From the IMG/VR virus record IMGVR_UViG_3300029989_000005: a stretch of DNA of 64,000 bases, one strand, 5' to 3'. The stretch comes from a virus. How positions within the stretch are numbered: position 1 is the first letter of the stretch; each line of letters begins with the position of its first letter. The translations under genes and the position numbers were made by a program. The notes under the pieces were generated by a model. That model worked only from the letters and a program-made list of their open reading frames with translations, was not told where the DNA came from and ran no database searches. Shown here piece after piece: positions 18,984-29,029 of this stretch.

Positions 18984-19670
18984 TTAAAAGCTAAAACAAA
19001 CATTTCTAATTTCTTCGATTCTTTCATCAACCCACTCTTGAAGCTTTTCTTGCTTTTTATCATTTACATTTTCTTCGGGTAGTTCTTTTTCCCAACCATC
19101 TACACCTGTATTGATATCCAAATCATTAGCAACATCTGTATTAATATCATCAATGTCTTCATCATATTCTACATCAATATCGTCAAATTGTGATATTATT
19201 TCATCCATTTCATCAATACGTTCTTGCATAAGTTCACCTGTTGGTGAGGACTGTAAAGAATCAGGTATACCATCCAATTTGTCTTGGGTTTCATCACGGA
19301 GAGTTTCGGCATTGGATTTGATATTTTCAATAAATTCAGATAATTCCTCAGCATTAGTTATAGTTATAACCGAAATGTCCTCAATTTGCTCTTGCATGGA
19401 ATAATAACATGACATGAATTCACTTTGTGTAAGTTGTGATTGTCTTGGTTGTGTTTTACTTATATTTTTACCACCATGTAAAAACTGCCACCAATAATAA
19501 GATTCACCCTTTTTGATTAAAACTGTGTCAGTTTCGTCATATGGTTGTGTGCGGTCAATTTTAGAAAGTATTTGCCCCTCTCTTTTACCTTTTAATGATG
19601 TATATTCAACCCTTTTTCCCCTTGAGTAAATATTACTCTGTGCTGTTTTTACTAAATTTGCTTTTGCCAT
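18984..19670 (-). CDS. hypothetical protein, acidic coiled-coil C-half
   Basis: 228-aa ORF; IKKGESYYWW motif. Confidence 0.7.
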   Translation of the reverse strand: MAKANLVKTAQSNIYSRGKRVEYTSLKGKREGQILSKIDRTQPYDETDTVLIKKGESYYWWQFLHGGKNISKTQPRQSQLTQSEFMSCYYSMQEQIEDISVITITNAEELSEFIENIKSNAETLRDETQDKLDGIPDSLQSSPTGELMQERIDEMDEIISQFDDIDVEYDEDIDDINTDVANDLDINTGVDGWEKELPEENVNDKKQEKLQEWVDERIEEIRNVCFSF

Positions 19671-19686
19671 GATTATAATTGTTAAA

Positions 19687-20115
19687 TTAAATTTTTGATA
19701 TTAAGTAATCAATTTGTGTTTCAGATAATTTTAGTTCCAATATGCGTTTACGTTTTAAAACCATATCCAACCCTATTTCCTCTATTACCATGATTTCAAG
19801 ACCATCATCCTTTAATTCTTCCGCTTTAACTAGCAGAAAATCCATCCAACCCATTTTTTCTGCCAATATTTGCTTTTCTTTTTCTGCAATTTCATCTTTA
19901 TGGATTAATTCCAATGATAAAATTGAAGATTCCAAGGTTTTTATTTCGTGTTTCAAAAATGTTTCCTTAGCTTCAAACGGAAGCCCATTTTCTATAGCCA
20001 CATCGTTATTGATATTGTTAATCATCAAATCAAGACTTTTACCGAAATACTGTGAAAAATAACTATCAGAGTTGCATAGTTTGGTTAGTAATTTTATTTC
20101 TTCGTCTTTTGTCAT
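19687..20115 (-). CDS. hypothetical protein
   Basis: 142-aa ORF. Confidence 0.65.
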   Translation of the reverse strand: MTKDEEIKLLTKLCNSDSYFSQYFGKSLDLMINNINNDVAIENGLPFEAKETFLKHEIKTLESSILSLELIHKDEIAEKEKQILAEKMGWMDFLLVKAEELKDDGLEIMVIEEIGLDMVLKRKRILELKLSETQIDYLISKI

Positions 20116-20171
20116 AATAATGAATTGTTATTGTTAAATTAGTTTGTATTTTATAATTGGATATTTTATAA

Positions 20172-20591
20172 TTAATCTATGTGGCTGATTTTAACGTCGA
20201 ATTTTTTCTTTCCAAAAACGTTAAACCAAAAATTAAGTAAGTTTAATCCATTTGAACCACCACCAAAAGATTCATAAGATAAATTAGTAGTGACCCATAC
20301 CATAACATAATCCTTGTCAAGCAGGTTTGGAGTTGCATTTGTGGCTAGATCACTTAATTTACCAATACTTACAGAGGTATTAAAATTTGTGATACGTAGT
20401 TTTTTGAATATTACGGGTGTGGTTTGGAAATAAGCTGTGGAAAGCTCAATGTGATGAGAACCCATTATGTCAACAGTTTCTTCAATTTTTAGTATAGGTG
20501 CTGTAAAACCCCTTTTTAATAATTCTTCTTGAATGATTTCCCTAATTTCAAGCAAATTTGATAACGATAAGTAATTTTCTGCTGAGTTCAT
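20172..20591 (-). CDS. hypothetical protein
   Basis: 139-aa ORF with shared A-rich leader. Confidence 0.65.
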   Translation of the reverse strand: MNSAENYLSLSNLLEIREIIQEELLKRGFTAPILKIEETVDIMGSHHIELSTAYFQTTPVIFKKLRITNFNTSVSIGKLSDLATNATPNLLDKDYVMVWVTTNLSYESFGGGSNGLNLLNFWFNVFGKKKFDVKISHID

Positions 20592-20603
20592 AATTTGTAT
20601 TTT

Positions 20604-20906
20604 TTAAATTATTTTTATATTTAACGATTTTTCTATCAATTTTACTATTTCATGCTTCTGTGCTGCTTTACATTTAGAATACCAACAAACACAATAGAGG
20701 TTTCCACAGTCTGTATAACCTTTCATAGGCTTGAAAATGTAAAGACCCAAGCTACTATCACCATTTTTAGTATTTTCACCAAAAATGATTCTGTCTGCGT
20801 TGTAATTATTATCATTTTCAATTTTAATTCCTTGATTGGGTTTGAATCCAAAGCTAATTAGTTTAGCATTCAATTCAGAGGCTGTTAATGCTCTAGCTGT
20901 TGCCAT
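20604..20906 (-). CDS. hypothetical protein
   Basis: 100-aa ORF with shared A-rich leader. Confidence 0.65.
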   Translation of the reverse strand: MATARALTASELNAKLISFGFKPNQGIKIENDNNYNADRIIFGENTKNGDSSLGLYIFKPMKGYTDCGNLYCVCWYSKCKAAQKHEIVKLIEKSLNIKII

Positions 20907-20918
20907 AATTTCTATTTA

Positions 20919-21029
20919 TTAAATTATTTCCTGAATTACACGCAACCAATAAAACGATAAGCATCCAATTACAAATAAAACGCCAATAATTTTATAAAGA
21001 TTTTCTGCTGAGAGGATTTCTGTTTTCAT
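20919..21029 (-). CDS. small single-pass membrane peptide (36 aa, not in ORF track)
   Basis: MKTEILSAENLYKIIGVLFVIGCLSFYWLRVIQEII; same AAAAATAGAAATT-ATG leader as neighbours. Confidence 0.65.
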   Translation of the reverse strand: MKTEILSAENLYKIIGVLFVIGCLSFYWLRVIQEII

Positions 21030-21223
21030 AATTTCTATTTTTTAAATTATTTCCAAAATTATTACAAAAATCATGCCAAATTTGTTATTATATATGTCAA
21101 TTCATAAAACCTTAACAAACCTTAACACAAAAAGCATAATTTTAACATTTTTTAACTGACAGGTGACATGTTTGTCATGTCACCTGTCAGTTAATATGTA
21201 TGTCAGTTCGCCATGTATGTCAG
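21030..21223 (-). promoter_or_regulatory. conserved promoter module, copy 1: sigma54-like -24/-12 plus upstream TGTCA cluster
   Basis: TTGGCATGATTTTTGTA at 21079-21063; 19-bp-arm palindrome 21152-21194; homologous to 23834-24030. Confidence 0.6.
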
Positions 21224-21520
21224 TCAAATTTTTAACTTTTCCATTATTACTGAAATCGATTTTCCATTATAAAGTTCCAATACATTATTTTCAATTGCAT
21301 AGTACATTGGTGATTTATTAGTAAACCAAAATTGCCCGTATTTTTCCTTTAATTGTTTCTTTAAATAATTTGTTTCTTTAAATTTTTTCTTTGATTCCAA
21401 AGCATCTATCTGTACATCAGTAGGTTTTATATCATTTAAAAAATCTTCATGCTCTATGAGATTTTTTATTTGTGACATACCGTTTTGGTATGTCACTTTA
21501 TATGTCGATATTATTTTCAT
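21224..21520 (-). CDS. hypothetical protein
   Basis: 98-aa ORF coupled to upstream stop. Confidence 0.6.
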   Translation of the reverse strand: MKIISTYKVTYQNGMSQIKNLIEHEDFLNDIKPTDVQIDALESKKKFKETNYLKKQLKEKYGQFWFTNKSPMYYAIENNVLELYNGKSISVIMEKLKI

Positions 21521-23013
21521 TAATAAATTGATTTTGAGAAATCTATTATTTGATTACCAAATCCGTTGATATGTCCTTTTTCCTCTACTTGCCCGAATTC
21601 ATCATAAATGATATATGAGTAACAGTTATCATCGCCATAAATTTTGATTTCCTCGATTTTACCCGATTCATCATAATTAAACCATTTGCCTATTTTCTCA
21701 CCATTATCAAATTGTCCTTTTTGCTTTACTTTTTTGTTTTCGTAATATGTAATAAAATCACCTACCAATTTCCCGTTTTCCCAATGTTTTTTCTTTTTGA
21801 TATTGCCATTTTCAAAGTATAGAATATTTTCACCATGTCTTTGCTTGTTATTAATTTCACAGCTTTCTTTAAGACATCCGTATGTATTTGGATAATAAAA
21901 TCTGACAGTACCATTATCTGCTTCCCTGTTGGTTATCTTTTCTGTTTCTATCTCGTTGGCTATTACGGAAACGACAAACCTATTAGCCCTTGACACTATT
22001 GACTTAACAGCACCCGATGTATTAAAACCATATTTCTTGAATAATTGGTTGTGTGTTAGATCATTGAAAAAGAAGTCAATCAATATATCAGGGTTTTTGG
22101 ATAACTCGTATAATTCCTTTGCCCTTTTGAGTTTCTTTTTTGGTATTAGGTCTATTTCTTCATGTTTGAAATCTTCCTCTGATTTCATACTGAATTCAGT
22201 TAAATTGGTATTATAGATTTCATAGATTTCATCAACCTCGCTTTTAACCTCAGCTATTATGTCTGTAAAATCACCTTCAGATATTGTCTTGTTTGACGAA
22301 TTGGAAATGATTTTAGAAATATTGATAACTTTACCACAATTAACTTTGTTATATTCCATCATTGCTGTATGTCTTATAGCCATAAGAACATAACCCGCTA
22401 TTGGCTCTTTAGGTTTAAACCAACCGTTTGGATTTATTTCATTATTTTGGAGGGTTGTATCACAAGATGTTAATTTTTGGAGTTCTAATGCGTAAATTTC
22501 ATCTTGTGATTTATTGGCGTATTCTAATTCTTCAAAATGAAAATTAATTAATTTATCCTCTAAAATTGATATTTTGGTTTTCAATAATAATATAGATGAC
22601 TTTAAAATTGCGGCATCAACATCATCATATGTTTTTGATAGTTTTTCTATTTTGGTTTTCAGACTCTTTTTTAAATCATAAAGATCAGCATTGCCGTATT
22701 TTTTCCTATTTCTGAAAGCGTCAAATTGGTTACATACAATTATGTCAGCCATATCTCTGTCTTTGACTACTTGAAAGGCGATGGAATAACACTGCTCATA
22801 AAATTCTTGCCAAAATTTAGACCAAACGAAATTATGTTTAGTTCCTGTTAAAAACAATCTACCAAAAACCTGCGTATCAATCCATTGTTGAAGTGTGAAT
22901 TTCTTTTTGTACGTATCAGACAAGTTATAGTAATTTTTAGTTTCGAAATCAATAGCTACTTTTAATCTAATATCTAAGATTTTATTACCTGTTTTATATT
23001 CCATAATCCCCAT
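21520..23013 (-). CDS. ECF-type sigma-factor-like protein fused to MORN-variant (YwqK-like) repeats
   Basis: Region 2-like CYSIAFQVVKDRDMADIIV and YVLMAIRHTAM; region 4 HTH-like FFFNDLTHNQLFKKYGFNTSGAVKSIVSRA; C-terminal YFENGNIK / YYENKKVKQKGQF / WFNYDESGKI repeats. Confidence 0.6.
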   Translation of the reverse strand: MGIMEYKTGNKILDIRLKVAIDFETKNYYNLSDTYKKKFTLQQWIDTQVFGRLFLTGTKHNFVWSKFWQEFYEQCYSIAFQVVKDRDMADIIVCNQFDAFRNRKKYGNADLYDLKKSLKTKIEKLSKTYDDVDAAILKSSILLLKTKISILEDKLINFHFEELEYANKSQDEIYALELQKLTSCDTTLQNNEINPNGWFKPKEPIAGYVLMAIRHTAMMEYNKVNCGKVINISKIISNSSNKTISEGDFTDIIAEVKSEVDEIYEIYNTNLTEFSMKSEEDFKHEEIDLIPKKKLKRAKELYELSKNPDILIDFFFNDLTHNQLFKKYGFNTSGAVKSIVSRANRFVVSVIANEIETEKITNREADNGTVRFYYPNTYGCLKESCEINNKQRHGENILYFENGNIKKKKHWENGKLVGDFITYYENKKVKQKGQFDNGEKIGKWFNYDESGKIEEIKIYGDDNCYSYIIYDEFGQVEEKGHINGFGNQIIDFSKSIY

Positions 23014-23045
23014 TTTTCAAATTATACTTATGTTAAATTAAATTT

Positions 23046-23342
23046 TTATTTAGAACACCTTGGTAAGAAATTATTTTCTAGCATACCATTTTCTCTGTTA
23101 ATATTGTTTCTAATACCAAAGAAATCATGATAAAAATCAGAATCATTTGATTCCAAAAGTTGTTTGAAATCAATAGGGTTTCCGTGAGTATGACATTTGT
23201 CAAAATCCATTAGTGATGAACCACGGTTTATAGGTTCATTTAAATGTACAAACCTAACAAGTTCTATTGCTCTGCTAATAATTTTAGTTATTAGTTCATA
23301 ATCATTTTTAGTTGTCTTTACGCAATCAGTGATTTCTACCAT
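23046..23342 (-). CDS. conserved phage hypothetical protein
   Basis: MD...CH..G.PIDF.QLL...D.DF.HDFFGI..NINR..G.L...FLPR pattern. Confidence 0.7.
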   Translation of the reverse strand: MVEITDCVKTTKNDYELITKIISRAIELVRFVHLNEPINRGSSLMDFDKCHTHGNPIDFKQLLESNDSDFYHDFFGIRNNINRENGMLENNFLPRCSK

Positions 23343-23371
23343 AGTTCCTATATTTTTAAATTAGTTTATAA

Positions 23372-23596
23372 TTAGTGTTTACTACAATTTTGTATTGCAA
23401 GTTTATAAATTTCTTTTATTGTGAGTATTTTTTGAGCAACAGGAAATTTATCCATTCCTATTCTTCTTATAAGATTCCAATAACCATTTTCTTTGTTAGC
23501 GTTGAATGAGAACCATTCATTATACAATCCCAAAGCTCTGAATTCTATTTTGTTATCGTTTGAAACAGCTTTATTAATTATAATGTTTTTAGCCAT
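23372..23596 (-). CDS. hypothetical protein
   Basis: 74-aa ORF. Confidence 0.6.
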   Translation of the reverse strand: MAKNIIINKAVSNDNKIEFRALGLYNEWFSFNANKENGYWNLIRRIGMDKFPVAQKILTIKEIYKLAIQNCSKH

Positions 23597-23605
23597 AATT
23601 TTATA

Positions 23606-23833
23606 TTATTTTATTGATAAATAATAAAAATTGTTATGATAACGTATTACAATCCCTATTTTTTTAAAGATTGACGTTGATACCCTTAATTCCTGAGGAA
23701 TTGAAATGTATTTGACACCCTTAATAGTTGATGAATCAACCTTTGACACACCAATTTCTTCACTATTTTCGCCTATAAAATTCTTTAAAGATTGAACTTT
23801 TAAAGATTTGGCTTTTGATTCTGCTGCAGTCAT
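23606..23833 (-). CDS. hypothetical protein
   Basis: 75-aa ORF, first gene after promoter copy 2. Confidence 0.6.
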   Translation of the reverse strand: MTAAESKAKSLKVQSLKNFIGENSEEIGVSKVDSSTIKGVKYISIPQELRVSTSIFKKIGIVIRYHNNFYYLSIK

Positions 23834-24030
23834 AATTTCTATTTTTTAAATTATTGATTATTTCCTCTTTTACTACAAAAGTCGTGCCAAATTTGTTATC
23901 ATATATGTCAATTCATACACCTTTAACAATCTTTAACAAATAAAGCGTTGCTATTAACATCTTTTTACAAACTTATATGACAAAATGTCGTGTAACTTGT
24001 CAGTTACCATATATGTCAGTTTGTCATGTC
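23834..24030 (-). promoter_or_regulatory. conserved promoter module, copy 2: sigma54-like -24/-12 plus upstream TGTCA cluster
   Basis: TTGGCACGACTTTTGTA at 23890-23874 (GG-N10-GT); flanking tgccaaatttgttat.atatatgtcaattcata shared with copy 1. Confidence 0.6.
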
Positions 24031-24526
24031 ATTTCTTAATAAAATAGTCTTCCGTAATGTATTCATACCGCATACCTTTATTTTTACAGAATTCAACGGC
24101 TGCTTTTCTCTTTGCCTCAGTTACAGCTGATATAGCCAACTGATATAAATATTTTTCTTTACTTTTATATTTCTCCCTGTCAGGTTTTTCAGTATCTTTA
24201 CGTGATTTTACCTCAATTATGTATTTCGTAAGTTTATTAGAGTTTCCAACCATTTCAACATAAAAATCAGGGTAGTAGCTACATATTTTTTGTTTTACAG
24301 GGTTAAGATAGCTAATAATTAGATCATCACTTTCGTATGACCATCTTTTACATTTTGATGATGAATCTAAAACTTGAATGAATTTTAACTCCAATCCACT
24401 CCTATAAATTATTCCTAATTTCATATTATAATATCCTATTAATTTATCAGGATTTTCCAAGTGATGATATCCTTGATGAAATCTACTATTAGCATGAATA
24501 GGATTTAATATTTCTAATTTCCCCAT
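24029..24526 (-). CDS. head completion nuclease (T4 gp4-like, TnsA-type)
   Basis: YRSGLELKF, WSYES, YYPDFYV, IIEVK, ITED. Confidence 0.85.
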   Translation of the reverse strand: MGKLEILNPIHANSRFHQGYHHLENPDKLIGYYNMKLGIIYRSGLELKFIQVLDSSSKCKRWSYESDDLIISYLNPVKQKICSYYPDFYVEMVGNSNKLTKYIIEVKSRKDTEKPDREKYKSKEKYLYQLAISAVTEAKRKAAVEFCKNKGMRYEYITEDYFIKK

Positions 24527-24590
24527 GTCCTTTTACTTTATTTAGTAAATTGGTATTACGTATAGATTAAAATAAATAAAATTAAAAAAC

Positions 24591-25580
24591 ATGTACAATG
24601 ATTTAATAAATTGGTATAATAACAACACATACAAATCAAGTATTAAAATATGTGAATTTAGGAAAATATGTGAATTAACTTCATTTCTAGATGATAGTTG
24701 CAAACACATAACTCCAAAACAAAGAATGTGGCATATAATTAATAGTAATTTTAATATACAATATTGTGAAATTTGTGGAAAGCAATCGAATTTTGACAGA
24801 CACAAATACTGTTATCAGGTTTGCTGCTCAAAAATATGTGCTAAAAAATTTCAATCATCTGAAAAATGGTCAGACAATTGTAAGAAAAATTATATAAAAG
24901 CAGAATTGACTTGTTTAGAAAAATATGGTGTCGAAAATTATTCCAAAACTGATGAATATAAAGAAAAATATAAAGAAACATGCTTGAAAAAATATGGTGT
25001 CGAAAATCATATGCTTATAGAAGATTTTGTAGAAAAATCAAAGCAAACAAATCTTAAAATTTACGGTGTAGAATGGTATCAACAAACTGACGAATTCAAA
25101 GGAAAATATGAGAAAACATGTTTGGAAAGATATGGTGTAGGAAATATGTCATATCTATCAAGTACTATATCAAAAATACACGAAACCAAAAAGAAAAATG
25201 GTTCTTATGAAAAATCTAAAGAGGAGAATGAAATATATTATAATCTAATAGAATTGTTTGGATATTCAGATATTGTTCGTCAATATAGAGATAAAAGATA
25301 TTATAGTAAAGAAACTAAATATTTATTTGCTTGTGATTTTTATATCAAGTCTTTGGATTTGTTTATAGAATATGATGGAATATGGACACATAAACCACAA
25401 TATTTATCTGAGAAAGAAAGAAATGAAATGATTAAAAAATGGAAAGAAAAATCAGAATTTAGTAATTATTACAAAGGTGCTATTTCTGCATACAATCGTG
25501 ATTGTTTGAAGAGAGAAATATCAAGGGAAATTAATTTAAATATACAATTTATTAGAAAATTTTCTGATTTTTCTATATAG
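24591..25580 (+). CDS. putative free-standing homing endonuclease (CLEKYGVEN repeats + PD-(D/E)XK/Vsr-like domain)
   Basis: Four TCL.KYGV.N-type repeats, CEICG zinc motif, DFYI...FIEYDGIWTH; opposite strand to flanking genes. Confidence 0.7.
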   Translation: MYNDLINWYNNNTYKSSIKICEFRKICELTSFLDDSCKHITPKQRMWHIINSNFNIQYCEICGKQSNFDRHKYCYQVCCSKICAKKFQSSEKWSDNCKKNYIKAELTCLEKYGVENYSKTDEYKEKYKETCLKKYGVENHMLIEDFVEKSKQTNLKIYGVEWYQQTDEFKGKYEKTCLERYGVGNMSYLSSTISKIHETKKKNGSYEKSKEENEIYYNLIELFGYSDIVRQYRDKRYYSKETKYLFACDFYIKSLDLFIEYDGIWTHKPQYLSEKERNEMIKKWKEKSEFSNYYKGAISAYNRDCLKREISREINLNIQFIRKFSDFSI

Positions 25581-25588
25581 TTGTTTTA

Positions 25589-28500
25589 TTAATTATTACT
25601 TAGTCCTACTTTCATTCTTCCATCGTGACCAACTAAACCCTCAATTTTTGAGTTCAATTTTTGAATTTCTCTGAATAATAAATTCGTTTGTTGTTGTTGT
25701 TGACTTGTAGCCTCAGTGAACAACAACATCATTTGTGCGTATTTATCCTCTTTTGTTAATGGCTTATGTGGGGCTTGTACAACAAGCTTTGCAGCTTGCT
25801 GCTGTGAGGTTTGGCTGTAATTATAAACACTGTTATAACTAGCCGATGATTTTATGTTGGCTGCTGAATATTTATCATAAAAATTAGCTGATGAATCTAT
25901 AATTTTTGATAAGTCACCTATACCTGCAGATTCATTTTTTAAATCTTTAAGGAATTTAATATAAATATCAGCAAATCTCTTAAATGGGTCTATAAATTTG
26001 TTAAATATATCAACTTTATCAGTGGTAAGAAGCGACATACCAATGGCACTTCCAACCAATAATTGTTTTACACCCTCACCAATTTGCTTTCCTCTATCCT
26101 TTATATCTGTAGTACCTGAAAAACTAGAAACCACATCCGATAAACTCTTTAAAGGTGACATCATGTTATTTACAACACGTATACCTTTTTCAGCATCCGA
26201 TTTAAACATCCCCCAAAATCCCTTGTCATTATTTTTAGCCCTACCAACTGCTGCAAAAGCCGATGGTATAGTTGTTATAAGTTCAGTAATATTTTTCTCA
26301 ATAAGTTTTATATCAGCGGGTGTTAGTTTAGCCTGTTTCCAATTTAATACGGCGATTGATAAATCTTTTAAAGGAGCACCAAGACCATTAACATATTTAA
26401 TACCACGTTCAGTATCCGTTGTTTTCCACATACCAAATAGTCCTGGCTTTGATGTCTTTGTATCATCACCTATCTTGGCTATTGTTGAAGGTATAATCGA
26501 AAGTACCGCATTTATGTTATCAGAAATTAGCTTTGTTTCTGTTGGTGTTAATTTCATGCTTTTCCATGTTTTTACACCCTCACCCAAATCATAAAGTGAC
26601 CTACCTATGCCTTTAACATAATCAATACCTCTTTCTGTATCTGTTGTTTTCCAAATCCCAAAAAGACCGCTAGATTTTATAGTATTATCATTTCCTATTT
26701 TTGAAATTGTTGATGGTATAATAGAAAGTACAGTATTTACATTGTCCGAAATAAGTTTAGCATCATTTGGTGTTAATTTCATTTCTTTCCACATTTTAAC
26801 ACCATCAGCAAGTTTTGTCATTGCTTTACCAATACCTTTAACGTAATCAATACCTCTTTCTGTATTTGTTGTTGTCCAAGCACCACCTGTTATAAATCCT
26901 AGAAGCCCTGTTGCGGGTTTAGTAATATCATCGTTCCCTATCCTTGCTATAGTTGCGGGTATAACAGACAAAATTGTATTGATATTATCTGAGATATTTC
27001 TTGCATCATCAGGACTTAACTTCATATTTTTCCAAACAAGAACGCCATCCGCTAATTTTTTAAGATTACTACCCAAACTCATTGTAAATGCTATACCCTT
27101 AAGTATTTGCCATTGTGAAACATCTATTCCATGCATTTTCTTTATATATTCAGGAGATGTACCCAACGCCACAGCCGTTGTTACACCCAATATGGTATCA
27201 GCTAATGTCTTGGCATCCTCAGGCTTCCAATCAGTTGTTGTAGCTTTCCAATATGATAAAGACCTTGCAAATACACCAACAACTTCTCCCACTTTGTTAC
27301 CCATCATTGTTATTTTCAAGAATGAGCCAATACTCAAATTAGAAAATGCATCAGAAACACCTTTAACTACTATTCCTAAACTATCGGCAAATATGCTCAT
27401 TTGCTCCCTTTCCAAGTTAAGTTCAGATATTGGTTTCAATGCTTTAGCTAATACATAAAGAGAACCCGCTAATAATCCAACTGCTAAAGCACCTAGAGAT
27501 ATCGGTGCTATTAACAATCCCGCACCCGCATAAACTAACCCTAAAGCTGTAATAAATGTTGGTATCTTCCAAATCAAACCACCATTTTTAGCTATCATAT
27601 TTCCTATCTCTGTAAGTGGCTTTTTCATTATCCACAAAGATATTCCAATTAGTGCAAAGGCTAAAGCACCCATAGCTATTTTAGGAAGTAAAAATCCTGC
27701 AGCTACAAATGGTGCTGTTACAGCGAATAACATCAAAGGTATTTGCCAAATAGCATTAGTCTGACCCGCCAACATTTTAGCGGTTATACAGACTGAAAAT
27801 CCAAACAGCAACAATGACAATGATACAAATCCTATAGCTAAAGCACCTTCTTTAACCTTATCAGATACGGTTTTCATTCCTATCAATGCAAATAAAGCTG
27901 CTGTACCCGCAAGCAAAAGAACTGTTAGACCAACCTGCTTATAGTCTATTGGCAACTTGGATATAACCCAAAAAGTACCTGTCATCATTAATAATGATAA
28001 TGACATAAGTACCATATTTTTAATACCATTCTTGAGGTCTGATTTATCACTCAGACCCATGTATTTATAAAATTTGGCTACAATATAAGTAACACCTATA
28101 ACAGTTACCATACCAACTACCATATCTGTAATTGAGAATTTTGAAATAGCATATGCTGATGCAGCTATAGCAAGTGACATAGCAAGTATCCCCGCACCAA
28201 TATACATTACGGATTGTGCACCATCTTTAAGTTTTTTATTATCTTTTGCTAAAGATTTAAATTCGGGTTGTAAAACTCTAAGTGCTAATTTAAAGAACAA
28301 TAATCCTGGAGTTGCTATTATCGATAGTGCACCACCAATAGCCAATGCACCAACAAATCCTGTTATTGATCTAGCAACTTTTAAAAGAGAATGACCAAAT
28401 CCATCAAGCCCTTCAAAATTTATACCTTTCATTACATTACTAACCTCATTTATAGTAGACCTAACATATCCAATTGATTTTTTAGCTCTGCTTGATATTT

Positions 28501-29002
28501 CTTTTTTAATTTTAAATTTATTAAGATGTTTAACAAATGATTCTAAAACATTAAAGAAATTCTTTACCATAGATTCAGCATCTTTCATTTTCATTTTACC
28601 CAAAGCGGATATAAATCCAACATCAACTGCTTTTATGGATTCAGAAAGTTTCTTGGTGTCTTTTGGTAAAGTTCCAACTGATTTATTAATTGATTTTGCA
28701 TATATGGTTATTATCTTTGATAGTTTAGCAATATCAGCCTCAGTATAAGAACCTATATTCATGCTTTGTTGTGAATTAACTGTATTGGCTGTTTCGGCTT
28801 GTATATTCTGCTGTATAGTCTTTGCATCGACATTTTGAGTCTTTGCATCAACACCCGCTATAGCATCTTTAATGAATTTAGCTGATTTGGAGATATCAGT
28901 TGATGCCGATAATATATCAAATGAATACTCAGAAATATCCTCTAAAAAAGAATTTGATTGTTTAAGGTAATCATAAAGGACTTCAATTTCTATATCATTC
29001 AT
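25589..29002 (-). CDS. tape-measure-like virion protein
   Basis: 1137 aa, Ala/Gly/Ile-rich helical body with long hydrophobic stretch and roughly 75-80-aa repeats (WK.MKLTP...ISDNIN..LSIIPSTI.KIG...TERGI.YV). Confidence 0.6.
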   Translation of the reverse strand: MNDIEIEVLYDYLKQSNSFLEDISEYSFDILSASTDISKSAKFIKDAIAGVDAKTQNVDAKTIQQNIQAETANTVNSQQSMNIGSYTEADIAKLSKIITIYAKSINKSVGTLPKDTKKLSESIKAVDVGFISALGKMKMKDAESMVKNFFNVLESFVKHLNKFKIKKEISSRAKKSIGYVRSTINEVSNVMKGINFEGLDGFGHSLLKVARSITGFVGALAIGGALSIIATPGLLFFKLALRVLQPEFKSLAKDNKKLKDGAQSVMYIGAGILAMSLAIAASAYAISKFSITDMVVGMVTVIGVTYIVAKFYKYMGLSDKSDLKNGIKNMVLMSLSLLMMTGTFWVISKLPIDYKQVGLTVLLLAGTAALFALIGMKTVSDKVKEGALAIGFVSLSLLLFGFSVCITAKMLAGQTNAIWQIPLMLFAVTAPFVAAGFLLPKIAMGALAFALIGISLWIMKKPLTEIGNMIAKNGGLIWKIPTFITALGLVYAGAGLLIAPISLGALAVGLLAGSLYVLAKALKPISELNLEREQMSIFADSLGIVVKGVSDAFSNLSIGSFLKITMMGNKVGEVVGVFARSLSYWKATTTDWKPEDAKTLADTILGVTTAVALGTSPEYIKKMHGIDVSQWQILKGIAFTMSLGSNLKKLADGVLVWKNMKLSPDDARNISDNINTILSVIPATIARIGNDDITKPATGLLGFITGGAWTTTNTERGIDYVKGIGKAMTKLADGVKMWKEMKLTPNDAKLISDNVNTVLSIIPSTISKIGNDNTIKSSGLFGIWKTTDTERGIDYVKGIGRSLYDLGEGVKTWKSMKLTPTETKLISDNINAVLSIIPSTIAKIGDDTKTSKPGLFGMWKTTDTERGIKYVNGLGAPLKDLSIAVLNWKQAKLTPADIKLIEKNITELITTIPSAFAAVGRAKNNDKGFWGMFKSDAEKGIRVVNNMMSPLKSLSDVVSSFSGTTDIKDRGKQIGEGVKQLLVGSAIGMSLLTTDKVDIFNKFIDPFKRFADIYIKFLKDLKNESAGIGDLSKIIDSSANFYDKYSAANIKSSASYNSVYNYSQTSQQQAAKLVVQAPHKPLTKEDKYAQMMLLFTEATSQQQQQTNLLFREIQKLNSKIEGLVGHDGRMKVGLSNN

Positions 29003-29029
29003 GGCAAAGCGTTTTAATTATTTAAAACA

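Noticed and set aside
21090-21225. CRISPR-like or iteron array in the TGTCA-rich block
   Set aside because: Repeats are only 5-8 bp and irregular, with no constant repeat-spacer period
26200-27100. DNA repeats inside the 1137-aa gene as a mobile or diversity-generating element
   Set aside because: They are in-frame degenerate protein repeats typical of tape-measure-like proteins, and no reverse transcriptase is nearby
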